Source: a virus
Taxonomy: Duplodnaviria > Caudoviricetes
Strand: one strand, 5' to 3'
IMG/VR virus record: IMGVR_UViG_3300028833_000086
Location: 58,738 to 122,737 of that record
DNA length: 64,000 bases
In this document: in pieces, positions 1 to 11,942 of the stretch
How positions within the stretch are numbered: the first letter of the stretch is position 1
Layout: every line of letters begins with the position of its first letter
Program-made: the position numbers and the translations under genes
The notes under the pieces: generated by a model
What the model was told of the DNA's origin: nothing
Databases searched by the model: none
Seen by the model: only the letters and a program-made list of their open reading frames with translations

Positions 1-33
1 GATTATGGTCTGATATAAGAAAGGAGAATGCAT

Positions 34-306
34 ATGGGAAGAACAAAGAATTATTGGTACGTATTGGTAATGACTAATTCGGGCCCGACTTTTGTAACTA
101 AGGTAAATTATTCAGATAAAACAGCAGAGTGGAATAAAGATGACAAGCCTTTAAAAATGAGTATGGAATCCGCTAAGGATCTTGCTATGGGGTTGATGGC
201 AAATCTTAATTTTGCTTTTGCAGTATGTAATTTTTATGAACTTGAAGATCAGCCTTATAGATACAAATTGGGCAAATTTGAATGGAAACCAAATAGCAAT
301 ACTTAA
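34..306 (+). CDS. hypothetical phage protein
   Basis: ORF with AAGGAG RBS 7 nt upstream of ATG 34. Confidence 0.6.
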   Translation: MGRTKNYWYVLVMTNSGPTFVTKVNYSDKTAEWNKDDKPLKMSMESAKDLAMGLMANLNFAFAVCNFYELEDQPYRYKLGKFEWKPNSNT

Positions 307-369
307 AGTGCACTTGGCATAACAACAAAGGAGGTGGTAAGATAATGACAATCTTACGGAAGGAGGGTT

Positions 370-564
370 ATGAAATACGCGGTACTAAGCGATCGGGAGT
401 TCGCTAAACTCCTAAAGAAAAACGGATATGTGGTCGTCAGAAGTAGTGGCGACCACACCATTTGGACAAATGCTAATCGTAAAGACAGCATAACAGTAAA
501 CAAAAACATAAACCCAATGGTAATGAGGCGACTTATTAAAGAACACAATATAAAAGGAGAATGA
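370..564 (+). CDS. hicA: HicA-family mRNA interferase-like protein
   Basis: 64 aa; REFAKLLKKNGY..VRSSGDHTIW matches the HicA 'L...G..r..GSH' motif; AGGAGG RBS. Confidence 0.75.
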   Translation: MKYAVLSDREFAKLLKKNGYVVVRSSGDHTIWTNANRKDSITVNKNINPMVMRRLIKEHNIKGE

Positions 565-568
565 TTTT

Positions 569-1573
569 ATGGCACAGATTATTAATTTTAATTCTTTTGT
601 AACTCCTAACGTCACGGCACAGGCAGAAGTTATTGCTCCTCAGCCGAAGACACATATCAACCCCTTTGAAAACAGAAAACTTCCTTGGTCAGGCATCGGT
701 GCTGATATTCCCGAGGATATGAAAAAGTATGGAACCGCAGAAGATATTGTTAATGCATTTCTTCCTTGGCAACTTGGACTGTCTGAAGTAAGTGTAGGCG
801 GTCAGGTAGTACCTAACTACAAGGCCATTGTCCGCTCTGACACTGGTAAAGTATTTGGTATTACAAAAGACAGATACAGGCCTGTTCAGAACGCAGACGC
901 CTTTGCTTTTGCTGATGTACTCCGTCAACAGGGAGCAACCTTTGAGAAGGTTGGATGTTATAAGGGAGGAGAAAAGATTTGGTTCCTCATGAAACTGCCC
1001 AGCAGATCCTATGGCGGAGATCAGCATGACCTTTACATGTTCCTTATGAACGGTAATAACGGAAAGCAGTCGCTCTTCGCTGCCTTCACTACCATCAGAG
1101 CAATGTGCTGCAACATGGCACACCTCGTAAGTAAGAATGCAACCTACAAGGTAAGCATTCAGCATAGAGGTAATCTTGAAGGTAAGATGCTTGAGGCACA
1201 GGAAGTTATGGCTGGAGCCACTGCGTACTTCGACGGACTTACCCATACCATGGAAGAGTTGAGAAATATTAATCTCACCCGTGCTGAAATGGGAAAGATA
1301 ATCGAAGGACTGTTCCCTTATGCTGAGGATGCGACGGATCGTGTAAAGAGAACAGCGGTAGAGAAGAGAAATCAGCTCACCAATATCCTTTATAATGCTC
1401 CTGATCTTCAGAACGAAAACATGAACGGGCTCAGATTGGTACACGCACTGACTGACTATGAGTCACATGCGATACCCGCAAGACGTCCCGAGGGATTTGA
1501 AGAGAACCGTCTGATCAACCTTGTGGAAAAGCCTATGCTTGCCGATAAGGTAATTCAGCTCCTCACAGCTTAA
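569..1573 (+). CDS. DUF932 / TIGR03299-family phage protein
   Basis: PW..G, AIVRSDT..FG...Y.PVQN.DAF.F, IR..C.N and H motifs typical of DUF932. Confidence 0.8.
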   Translation: MAQIINFNSFVTPNVTAQAEVIAPQPKTHINPFENRKLPWSGIGADIPEDMKKYGTAEDIVNAFLPWQLGLSEVSVGGQVVPNYKAIVRSDTGKVFGITKDRYRPVQNADAFAFADVLRQQGATFEKVGCYKGGEKIWFLMKLPSRSYGGDQHDLYMFLMNGNNGKQSLFAAFTTIRAMCCNMAHLVSKNATYKVSIQHRGNLEGKMLEAQEVMAGATAYFDGLTHTMEELRNINLTRAEMGKIIEGLFPYAEDATDRVKRTAVEKRNQLTNILYNAPDLQNENMNGLRLVHALTDYESHAIPARRPEGFEENRLINLVEKPMLADKVIQLLTA

Positions 1574-1582
1574 CCAATAACC

Positions 1583-1612
1583 AAGAGGGTGGGCATAGTG
1601 CTCACCCTCTTT
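1583..1612 (+). terminator. intrinsic terminator-like hairpin
   Basis: AAGAGGGTGGGCA-tag-TGCTCACCCTCTT followed by T residues. Confidence 0.65.
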
Positions 1613-1623
1613 ATGAAAGGAGA

Positions 1624-3454
1624 ATGATTATGACAGTAGAAATCCATATTACGGAACATGAATATCACGATGAACTTCTCAAACAGATACCAGTACATTC
1701 AGACGGGACGCAACATCGTGAAGACTTGGCTCGCCTCGCCGCAGAGAGATGTAATATTCCTTTTGAATCTCTTGATTGTGTTATTTATGACACCAATGCA
1801 TTCTCTATCCCTATATGGCCAAGAGAAGGAGAAAAATGATGATAAAAATAATGCTTGCATTTGACGGAACAGAAGAAGACTTTCAGAAAAACATGGAAGC
1901 AGATGAAAATTTTGATCTTGTTGACAGTATTTATTATGCAATAAATTACTGTCAAAGAGGAGAAGAAACTTATCATAATAATATTCAAATTACCGTAAAA
2001 GAGGAGGATTAAATATGAGTAAAAGCGCAGTTGTATTTGAAGCACCGAGAGATGGATATACTATAAAGCAGATAGAAGATAGAGCATTAACCATAGGGGA
2101 AGTTAAAGATATTCTTTCCCAGTATGACGAAGATGATTTGTTTGTGCTTAGCCACGACAACGGATATACCTACGGATCAATTGAAAGGTATCCTGAATGT
2201 AGAGAAGTAGAAGAGGAGGAATGAATATGTTATATACAGCACCAAATCAAACATATACGAAAAAATATCTTGCCGAACTTAAAGATAAGTACGGAATTAT
2301 TTATGACGGAAAAGGATGTTTTGCTTTTAAAGTAATTCCAAGAAAAATGAGTAATCCGCTTATTCAATTATTAGCCGAAGATGATGGTACTCTTTCTGAG
2401 ACCGATATTAAGTTTGATATCTATTGGATTAAAGATTTTATTAATAATTTACAAGCGGCTCAAACATATGCAGATAAAATTAATTTCTGATAAGGAGAAT
2501 GTGACTATGGAAAAGAAAATTATAGATAAGATTGATGAAACATATGAAATCTTAAACAAGAGAATTGAGGATATTAACCTGAAGTTCAAGATATTGTTTG
2601 ATGAATTACTTACAAAAGACGTAATTCATATGATAATCGCCATAAGAGACTTTAATAAAGGCAACTATTCGTATAGATTCGCTGGTAATAAAACCATTAT
2701 AATAGGCCTTCAATATAGAGCGAGTGAAAAAATAACCTGTTTTTATACGTTTAGATACGATGACAACAGAAGTTTTAAAATGAATCTGTTAAATCCTATA
2801 GCCTACAATGATAATTACATTTATCACTTAGAAAGCCGAGCAAAAGAATTAAGTGTAATGGAAGATTATTATAAACTTATTATTAATAATCTCAAGAATA
2901 TTATAGATGATATCACCGAGACTTATAGGAATATATCTGAAACTCAGTCTGATAAGTTAGATGCAATATTATCTCAATTTGATGCAGACTACACACCAAC
3001 TAAACACATCAAAGTAACTGTTGAATGGGTATAAGGAGAAAAGCATATGAGAAGGGTAATCGATGATACACATTTAGAAAGACTTGCAGATATGTTAACG
3101 GAAATCATTTTTGCTATTCCTGCTGACAAGGTAAGCGAATATGATTACGGCACATATCGTAGTCAGTCCCACTTAATAAAAGATTTTATATTAAAACACA
3201 CAAATAATATTAAGTTTGGTCAGAGTATGAATAAGACGGGAATTGGGAACAATGGGTGTTATGAACTTATATATACTGGCGATCCCTTAGAAGAACAGAT
3301 ATTCGGGCTTATACATCTGACCAATAATATGTACGGAGGAACTATTTGTTGGATAAGTGATTACGATAATAACATAGAATGGAAATCTCGTACGATTCAT
3401 GGATGTAATCCCAAAGATGAAAGAGCCGTTGCAAGATTAAGATATGCAGAATAA
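1624..3454 (+). other. run of small hypothetical ORFs (1624-1839, ~1838-2012, 2015-2224, 2221-2490, 2507-3034, 3047-3454)
   Basis: tightly packed co-directional ORFs, each with an SD-like sequence; no recognisable family. Confidence 0.6.
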
Positions 3455-3535
3455 AAGAGGTAAATATGAATAAGGATCCGCCGCACTTAACACAGCAACA
3501 AGTTAACAGCAGACTTAAATCTAGGAGGAACGAAT

Positions 3536-4186
3536 ATGAATGTTAAAGTTGTATCGGTTGCTCAATTTGAAAGGGAGACAGGAATTCACATCTCACATTT
3601 GTCTGGCAAAATGGATAAGGTAAGAGCGCTTTCAACATATGCGGGACAGAACCCGAGTTGTAAAGCAATGATGAAGAACGATAAGACTGTTTGTTCTCAT
3701 TGTTACGCCTATAAGCAGGTTGAGTCTGGTGTATACCCGAATCAGAGAACGGCGCTTGAGCGAAATGGAAAGGCGTTAAGTAATAAATTACTTACTATCG
3801 TACCCAACTTATCAAAGCAGGAGATATTCCGTTTTGAATCTCACGGCGACATTATAAATGTAATTCATGCACGCAATTACATTAGGATCGCCAAGGCAAA
3901 TCCAACTGTAAACTTTGCAGCATGGACAAAACGTCCTTCAATATGGGAATCGGCAATTGGAAAGGAGGGAAAGCCCGATAATCTTAAGATAGTTTACAGT
4001 AGTCCTATTGTAAACTATCCTGCTGAAGTTTGGAACAGATTCACTTTCGTAGATAGCATATTCACGGTGTATGAGAAAGGAGTTGTAGCACCAAATCAAA
4101 CACCATGCCAGTGTGGTAAAGGATCTTGTAACAGATGCAGATTCTGTTATACCAAAAGTGGAATGATCGCCGAAACATTACGATAA
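3536..4186 (+). CDS. GP88-like Cys-rich (probable Fe-S) phage protein
   Basis: SGKM, C..CSHCYA, FRFESHGD, WTKR and C-terminal C.C...C..C..C motifs resemble the GP88 family. Confidence 0.65.
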   Translation: MNVKVVSVAQFERETGIHISHLSGKMDKVRALSTYAGQNPSCKAMMKNDKTVCSHCYAYKQVESGVYPNQRTALERNGKALSNKLLTIVPNLSKQEIFRFESHGDIINVIHARNYIRIAKANPTVNFAAWTKRPSIWESAIGKEGKPDNLKIVYSSPIVNYPAEVWNRFTFVDSIFTVYEKGVVAPNQTPCQCGKGSCNRCRFCYTKSGMIAETLR

Positions 4187-4213
4187 CTTGACAATATAAC
4201 AAAGGAGAGTATA

Positions 4214-4573
4214 ATGAGTAGAGTAGCATACAAACTTATGAGACTTAAGAAAGACGGAAAAGTTTATCCATTGTTTATTGATAAGGGAACGCCAACCAAG
4301 TTTGGTAAATGGCTCCCTGCAGAATGTCACCCGACAAAGGGATTTGCTGTTCGTCAAGGTTGGCACTGTTGTTTTACGCCCTATGCTCCACATCTCAAAG
4401 AGAAGTTAGCAAGTGGAGAACAGAGAGTATGGGTTGAGGTAATGGTTGATGATTATACAACTTACGACCGTCCTGAATCACAAGGAGGAGCGTGGATCCT
4501 TGCTAATAAAATGAAGGCAATTCGCACCATAACAATGGAAGAGGCCGAACAGATTAGAAAGGAGGCAGCATGA
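4214..4573 (+). CDS. conserved phage hypothetical protein (R.GWH motif)
   Basis: 119 aa ORF with RBS; YPLFI, R(Q/P)GWH and QGG.W motifs. Confidence 0.6.
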   Translation: MSRVAYKLMRLKKDGKVYPLFIDKGTPTKFGKWLPAECHPTKGFAVRQGWHCCFTPYAPHLKEKLASGEQRVWVEVMVDDYTTYDRPESQGGAWILANKMKAIRTITMEEAEQIRKEAA

Positions 4574-5807
4574 TTACATTTGAACAGGGAGTTGAAATAG
4601 GACATCCCGATAGGTTAGGTATGACAAAACTCTTATTGGCTTGTGAACACTTCGAACGCTTAAGTAATTATCAAATACAGGCTAGAGTTAAAGATACATG
4701 GGCTGACCTTGGTGCTCGATTATGGTACAAGCAAATCGTAATCTATAGAGGTTGCGAAAATGATTCTTTTCAAATAAATCCGAATGAAAGGGAAGCAATA
4801 CTTAATTCCAGCAATGATGCTGAAATAATCTGGGCTGTTAAACACGCAATGGAAAACTATCCTGAACTTTATACAAAATCAAAATGGAGGAAGTAAATAT
4901 GGCAAAATATGAAGTGCAGCTTGTGAACCAACACTATTATAGCTCAATAATTGAAGCTGAGGATAGAGAAGAAGCCGAGAAAAAAGCAGAAGAACTTTTA
5001 TCTGAACTTGGTACCAGCATCATGACATTCAATGAAGAATCTTGGGTTGATGAAATAGAGGAGGTAGAAGAATGAGATATTATTTTACAGACTTTTATAA
5101 TTGGGAACAGCCGAAAATTGATCAGCTCCGCAAGGAAGGTAAGTATGTCTATTCTGTAATTGATGATGAGGGCGAACATTACTCTATCAGAAGATGGGGG
5201 ATCTGTAATAGATTCGCTTTCCTTGTTACAGATGTAGACATCATACCCGCCGATGAAGATTCAATAATGGATGAAGAGTTTTTTGACATTGACGGTGAGG
5301 AAGATGAATGGGTTGCAATTCCCTTTAAAGATGTATCGGCCGAGTGTGCAGCAAAGAGAAAAGAGTTTGAAGCAGGGAGATACGCATGAAGTACACAATT
5401 AAAATTCAATACAATGACGGAACAGTTGTTGGCTGGGTAACAAAAGATCGTTGGCTTGTTAAGTATATACTTAACAAAGAGGGTAGACGATATGATAAGC
5501 AAATTATAAGAGCAATTGTGAGAGGGGAGTGCGTATGAATATCGATATAGTATATGACAATATAACAAACTTATTAAAAGAGAACCACATGTTTGCCGAA
5601 ATAGGAGTGATGCCGATAGAAAATAAAATTGAATTTGAAATTCATCGGGGAGATTGGAAACATGATCATCTGCGCCTTGATTTGTTAGTTCAGGACTATC
5701 TTAATAATAATGGAATTCACTTCATCAAAAGTGAGTGTGTAACCGAAGAAGATAGCAGCGACTGTTACTCATCTATCCATTATTACAGGCTGCTAGGTGT
5801 AAGTTAA
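4570..5807 (+). other. run of small hypothetical ORFs
   Basis: overlapping ORFs 4570-4896, 4899-5075, 5072-5389, ~5535-5807. Confidence 0.55.
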
Positions 5808-6010
5808 TGGGCGGCAAGATGCATGCTGGGACATATAGTGTGAGAGATTTTAAACGCTTATTATTAGATAATGGTTTTGAGCATATAAGACAAAGTGGTA
5901 GTCACATAATATATAAGCGCGGAAAAGAAACACTATCAATGCCCAGTCATAAACCTAGTCAAACTTGTTTGTACGATCTGATCAAACAATATAATTTAAA
6001 AGTGAGGTAA
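5807..6010 (+). CDS. hicA: HicA-family mRNA interferase-like protein
   Basis: 67 aa; LLLDNGF..IRQSGSHIIYK...L..P.H. Confidence 0.8.
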   Translation: MGGKMHAGTYSVRDFKRLLLDNGFEHIRQSGSHIIYKRGKETLSMPSHKPSQTCLYDLIKQYNLKVR

Positions 6011-6017
6011 ACTTATT

Positions 6018-8800
6018 ATGAGTAAAAAACTTTGGTATGAAGGGATCCGCTTTAACGATTACATTGATGCAGAAGATGATAACGAACTTGGTATCTGTTG
6101 GAACTACTTATGTGCGCAGCACTACAACAAGTACCGTAAGATGTTTCCAAAGAAAAGAATTAGTGACTGCCCCGCAATAGCCACATGTTCAGTGGCTGGT
6201 TGTGGATGCCAAGCTCGTTATTGTCTTGATGTATATAAGAAAACTGCGGAGGGATTTAAATATGATAAAACATTACACGGTTGATGATTTTCTATCAGCA
6301 ACAGAACTAAAAGCAATGCCGATCGGTTCCCACATCACGGGAACCGATACTTACTACACAGCAATTAAGACGGAAGCAGATGTATGGACATTTAATGATC
6401 GCATTGATACGATGCATGATCGCACGTCTTATTTTATTGCCAACGTATTTGAAGATACAGAGTTTGATGTTTACACATTAGATGTGTAATTGACAATATA
6501 ATATGGAGGAAAAACATGAGTCAAATAACGGAAAACACCGTAGTCATTAAGCCTGATGCTGAAGAAAGAGTTATGAATGATCTCGCGGATTATGGTTGCT
6601 CTGGTATCAATAAGGTTTGGAGCAATGATAAGATGGTCATAATCTTATTTGACAACAACGGAGATAATCCTTGGGATATTGAGGGAATAGATAACCTTCA
6701 GGCTGATTGGGAAGATTTCTATGTAATAGAAACTAATTATGAAGATGATGATGGGTATTGGACACAGGTATTTGTTGATGGTTGTGGTGTACCATATGAT
6801 GGTGAAGCTCTTGATTGGTTGTTTGACAATTTGACTTTTGATGAATATCAGAAAGTAAAAGAACTGGTTGTATACACAATTTAATAGGGAGGTGTAGCAT
6901 GTATAACTTTAATTGGCATATGTCAGAAAAAGATTGGGACAATTTTAGGAAAGGAACTGGTAACTTCTGTGGTTCTGTTCTAATAGGAATTATGTTGATT
7001 GAGTTTATTTATGATGAAATTCAGTATACAAATAGTTTTGTTGCTGGTATGGACGCTGGATACGGATATCTTAAAGATGGTACCCCTTATAATTTAATAG
7101 ATGATGAAATTAATTTGAAATACGCACTTAAAGCGAGATCCTTTGAGAGCTTTAAACACAGGATTGAAGAGTCGTTTATAACTATATGTAAGAAATATCC
7201 TCAATGGGAAGAATGGGCAACAACAGAAAAGGAGATTGCTTGGAATTAAGGAGGGAATAATATGATAGCAACAAGAAAAGTAAACAAAAACGTAGTGGCG
7301 GTATTATCATTTGGAGCTTATCCCGCATCCATGGCTCTTCGCAATAGTGGCCGAGATTATTATGGTACAGAAAAAGACGCTGTACATTTTGAAGAAGATA
7401 AATTGGTTATAAACAAAAAAGTGCTGGATCATTTTGGACTAAGTTTGGAGGTGAGAGTGTGAAAGCAACAGTAACTTTAATGCATAAGGTAACCGTAGTT
7501 GTAGAACCTATCGTAAAAAAGGAATATATTGAGCCAACACGCAAAGAAAAGAAAGAATGGAAAGAATATCTTTACAATTCTTTATGCATCCTTGCAACGG
7601 AAAGACCAGAGTTTTACCCACGCAAAAAAGATTCTTTACAGACTATGCTTGAGTCTTTCTTAAGTTGGGCTGACAATTATAACGATGGTTATTTCACAGA
7701 AAAAGATAATGCCGACACAGACAGATACTGTGCTTGGCTGGTACAAGAACAGATGATGAAAAATGACTGGAAACGATTTTTACAAGAATACGACCACCCG
7801 TTTGATGCATAAAAACACGAACAAAGAACGCTCAAAAAAGGAGAATTCTATGAAAATAAAACATTGGCAAGGATACGGTAGCGTTGATGTATTCAAAAAA
7901 GAAAGAGAAGTACGCAGTGATGGCTGCGTGAGATTGCATTTACAGGTTCGCGGCAATCATGAATGGGGCATCGAACGCAAAGATGTTTATGATGTAGTGC
8001 GCTGGATCGGACATAAGTGTGATGCAAACTTAATTGACGAGCGTCAAGTATGTGAACTGCTAACTGATAACTGGTGGGATAGTAATAAGCATGAAGATGT
8101 ATGCGATTACTACATACTCTATTTACTGGAGGGCTAACATGAAAATTGAAATCTATAACTTAAACCATTCAGGTAATCATCCGCCAGCCGAAGTCTTTAC
8201 GCCTAAAAAGAAAATTGAAAAGGGTCATTTCCTTTCTGAATTTGATATAAACATGTAGAAGAAGACACCAGAAGTAAACACACCTCGCTGGACAGGCTAT
8301 ACCTTATCGGATGGGACGCATGTACCCGCTGTCCTTTGTGGGCGAATCTTCAAAGGGAAGAAGGAAAAACTTAAGGAACAGGAAGCTAAAGAGTTTGATA
8401 AGATAAGGAGGGAATACACATGAAAGTAAATTTTTATGATGATCCTGAAAAAATGCGTGACTTTGTTGTGCTTACAAAAGATCAATTTCTGTGTAGTTAT
8501 AGTTACCTAACAGAAGAAGAATATGATAACACAAAGGCAATTTATTTGAAACAACATATTGATCACAAGGTAAAGAAGATTATTGACGAATTTAATCTTC
8601 CTGCAAATTATATTCAGGTAAGCATTGATGATGATGATATGTACTCAATAATCATAGATAATGGAATATGGTTATCTTGTGCTAGTGGAATAGAAGTATA
8701 CGATGAACTAATAACGTTGGAACGTGGTATTGCTATAGGGAGGGATACAATTTGGAAGCAACTTTGTGACTATATTCACTTGACAAAAAAGCAATTTTAA
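6018..8800 (+). other. run of small hypothetical ORFs
   Basis: about 8 co-directional 60-130 aa ORFs with SD sequences. Confidence 0.55.
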
Positions 8801-8830
8801 TATATTATGCAAAAGAAAGGAGAATTGCTT

Positions 8831-9634
8831 ATGGTAATTATAGTTTTTCTATGTATCTTTATTATCTCCAGTATGCTTGCATCGGGCAGCGAATTATTTG
8901 GTGATATAAGAAAGATGTTTGATGCACAAGAAAATAATAGGCCGACTTACCAAGATCATAAAGGAACTCTAAGAAATAGTTCCAATGGCCACAGTGTTAA
9001 TATAGGAGAAAGTGGAAAATTATATGACTCATGGTCAGGTGAAATGATCCATAATCCTTATGCCAGCAAGGAAAGTGAACAGCGAGCCAAGGAAAATAAA
9101 TTAGGATATGGCAAACATAGAGTATTTAACAATAGTACTGAAGAATGTATTAATTTTGGTAACTATGGTCATAAGGTAGTTTATAGAGAAGGCGGCGTTC
9201 TCTATGGAAAACTTAATTGTAATCTTGGTTATCAGTTCTGGGTTAACCTGAGCAATGGAATTATGGAGGAAACGGAACTCTCAAAGAGGATCCCTCATAC
9301 AGAAGTTGAAAAGTATCATAGAAAACCTATTGATAATAGGAAGAGAAAAAATCAAACATATATAGATGATTATAAGAGACCTTATACTCAAGCTGAAAAG
9401 GAAAGAGAAAATGAAAAGATATTAAAACATCTCGAAAATCATAATCGAAATGTAATGAATGATCCAACATTATCTAAAAAACAGAAGTTCACACCATGGT
9501 GGTGTCATAATCCAATAAATGGTCGATCAGAAAATTGTCATCATGAATATGATGATGATATTATTTACGATTATGAATTTAAATACGAAGAGAAACCTTT
9601 TATGACAAAAACAGAGGAGGGCTGGAATGATTAA
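8831..9634 (+). CDS. N-terminally membrane-anchored hypothetical protein
   Basis: hydrophobic N-terminus VIIVFLCIFIISSMLA; TTGACA-type promoter just upstream (8781). Confidence 0.55.
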   Translation: MVIIVFLCIFIISSMLASGSELFGDIRKMFDAQENNRPTYQDHKGTLRNSSNGHSVNIGESGKLYDSWSGEMIHNPYASKESEQRAKENKLGYGKHRVFNNSTEECINFGNYGHKVVYREGGVLYGKLNCNLGYQFWVNLSNGIMEETELSKRIPHTEVEKYHRKPIDNRKRKNQTYIDDYKRPYTQAEKERENEKILKHLENHNRNVMNDPTLSKKQKFTPWWCHNPINGRSENCHHEYDDDIIYDYEFKYEEKPFMTKTEEGWND

Positions 9635-10106
9635 TGAATATAATGTTCTTTATGACGTCAATGATATTCCAAAAATAAATGTTTTACGAAGTTATAAAGA
9701 CGCTCCTAAAGATAATACTTCAATATTAAGCCAGCTTAAATATCTTGAAAGCAAAACAAATTTAAAAGATTTAGCTTATGAACAAGTTTATATATTGTCT
9801 CATAATATAAATCAAAGAATTAAAGGTTTTATGTGTGTAGGCAGTGGAGATTATGATCACTGTGATATTTTCTTTAGAAATATTGGAATGTTTCTCCTCT
9901 TATCAGGAGCAGAAATGGCAACTATAGTTCATAATCACCCCGAAGATGTAAGGGAACAGAGCACAGATGATGAAGACTTGACACAAAAATTCAGTACCGT
10001 GTGTGATATGTTTAATATAAAGAATTGTGGATCATATATAATATCTCGTAGCGGCATAACACAGATACCCCTTGGAGTATTTTATGATTGGAGGTTTATA
10101 AAATGA
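9627..10106 (+). CDS. JAB/RadC-like domain protein
   Basis: E...HNHP......S..D MPN/JAB metal-binding motif. Confidence 0.75.
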   Translation: MINEYNVLYDVNDIPKINVLRSYKDAPKDNTSILSQLKYLESKTNLKDLAYEQVYILSHNINQRIKGFMCVGSGDYDHCDIFFRNIGMFLLLSGAEMATIVHNHPEDVREQSTDDEDLTQKFSTVCDMFNIKNCGSYIISRSGITQIPLGVFYDWRFIK

Positions 10107-11137
10107 AAGGTAGATTAGAGAATGAACTTAAAATTGATAAGACAATTGAAAGAATGGTGGAAGATTTACCGATTGAAGTTACAAAATGGAATAACCTTAT
10201 GGACGCATCAAGAAAGACACCTGCGACAAGGAGAGATTTTGTAACAAAAATAAGATATTTTATTTGCGCCCTTACTGATAATCCCAGAAAATATAAGCTT
10301 AATACTCTTACTGAAGAAGATGTTATTAGGTTTATGAAGAAGATCCGCACAAGGGAAAATGAGGTAGGTGATATAGTTGAAACGAGTGATTCATACCAAA
10401 ATACAGTATGGTGTTGTCTAAATAGTTTTCTTGGATATCTTGCAAAAGAAGGGGTCATTCCATACAACTACATGCAGGATATAAAGAAGGGTAGAAATCA
10501 TGATCTCGAAAGGATCAATGAGCACAGAGTTCTTTTGACCAGCAGAGATTTTAAACAGATAGTAAGAGCACTTGACAAGGTAGATCAAAATCAAATTGGT
10601 CGCACAAATGCTTATAATAGAGATAAACTTATTATTCTCTTGCTTATGACTACTGGTATGAGAGAAACGGCACTCATTGAAATAAATCTTGAAGACATTC
10701 ATCTTGACACTCAAAGTTTATATGTAATTGATAAAGGAAAATTGCCTCATAAATATTTCCTTGAAGATGAAGTGTGTGATGTTATAAGAGATTATCTTGC
10801 TGATCGAAAAGAAATGTTATTTGATAAGGCAGAAATGACCGATGCTTTATTTATTTCAAAGTATGGAGAAAGAATATCTGCAAAAGGAGTTTCAAATATT
10901 GTAAAAAAATATACCAAGGCTGCCCTCGGCAAGGAATTGTCTCCTCACAAGTTAAGAGCTGGATTCTGCTCCATTCTTTATAATAAGACACACGATACAG
11001 AATTTGTTCGTCGTGCGGTTGGACATTCAAATATATCTACTACTCAAAGATATATTGTAACTGGCGGAGACGAAAAGAGACAGAGTGCTTCCATAATTAG
11101 CAAGGCAATTGGAATTGATATTTCTGATGATGATTGA
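10103..11137 (+). CDS. XerC-like tyrosine recombinase
   Basis: RD..I..L..TGMR, SPHKLR and VGHSNISTTQRY catalytic motifs intact. Confidence 0.9.
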   Translation: MKGRLENELKIDKTIERMVEDLPIEVTKWNNLMDASRKTPATRRDFVTKIRYFICALTDNPRKYKLNTLTEEDVIRFMKKIRTRENEVGDIVETSDSYQNTVWCCLNSFLGYLAKEGVIPYNYMQDIKKGRNHDLERINEHRVLLTSRDFKQIVRALDKVDQNQIGRTNAYNRDKLIILLLMTTGMRETALIEINLEDIHLDTQSLYVIDKGKLPHKYFLEDEVCDVIRDYLADRKEMLFDKAEMTDALFISKYGERISAKGVSNIVKKYTKAALGKELSPHKLRAGFCSILYNKTHDTEFVRRAVGHSNISTTQRYIVTGGDEKRQSASIISKAIGIDISDDD

Positions 11138-11516
11138 TATAGGAGGTAATTAATATGAAACATGCAAATCTCAACTCTCGCGGAATCGAACGTGTATGTA
11201 TCTACGGCGACTGGGGACGCCGCACAGTGTACCAAAAGCCAAACGAATGGGTGTTCTACGTATTTATAGACGGTTATCAGATCCGAGTGTGGCATAAGGC
11301 AGATTATTTTTCCACCACACCTGACGAGGAATTCATCCATAACTTGCCCACCACATACTGCTGTCACGGCTGTGCCGTAAAGTTAGACCGTGCCACAGAT
11401 ATCTACTACGTGCCAGTACGCGACGGTTATAAGGTAATGTACAGTACAGAGGAAGTGCGTGCCTATATAGAAAAGCAGTTAGAAAGACTTGACATAATAA
11501 TATAAGGAGATATATA

Positions 11517-11942
11517 ATGAGACTATGGCATAGAGATTTAATTAAATATTTGCCTAAATTGCAGCTGCTGTCCCAGTGGCGCGAGTGTTGCTGCATAGCA
11601 AAGAATATAGCGGATAAGGGAACGCCCAACCACATCCTTGTTAACAAAATCATGAACTATCCAATGGACGACTTTTGGAATTACACACGCCTTGTAACGG
11701 AAGAGATGCGCCGACGTGGATATAAGGTAGATGTGGACAAGTTTACTAAACATTATTACAAGTTCGGGGATCCGCTGCCAGCGCCTAACAACAATCCATT
11801 TGTTGGCTGGCACAATGATCGATACTTAAAACAGTGCTATTACAATTTATCCGAGAAATATGATTGTGGCGGAATACCAAAGGAAGAATGGGAAAGAATA
11901 GCAGTTTATTGGTATATGGCTCATATTGCAAAAGGAGTTTAA
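11517..11942 (+). CDS. Pyr_excise / TIGR02328-like protein (pyrimidine-dimer glycosylase/endonuclease V-like)
   Basis: MRLWH..LI..LP..QLL.QWREC, H..VN and EM.RRGY motifs. Confidence 0.75.
   Translation: MRLWHRDLIKYLPKLQLLSQWRECCCIAKNIADKGTPNHILVNKIMNYPMDDFWNYTRLVTEEMRRRGYKVDVDKFTKHYYKFGDPLPAPNNNPFVGWHNDRYLKQCYYNLSEKYDCGGIPKEEWERIAVYWYMAHIAKGV

Noticed and set aside
689-1444. Long antisense ORFs (also 27940-28605 and others in the ORF track)
   Set aside because: These are shadows of well-supported genes on the opposite strand, with no RBS or motifs.
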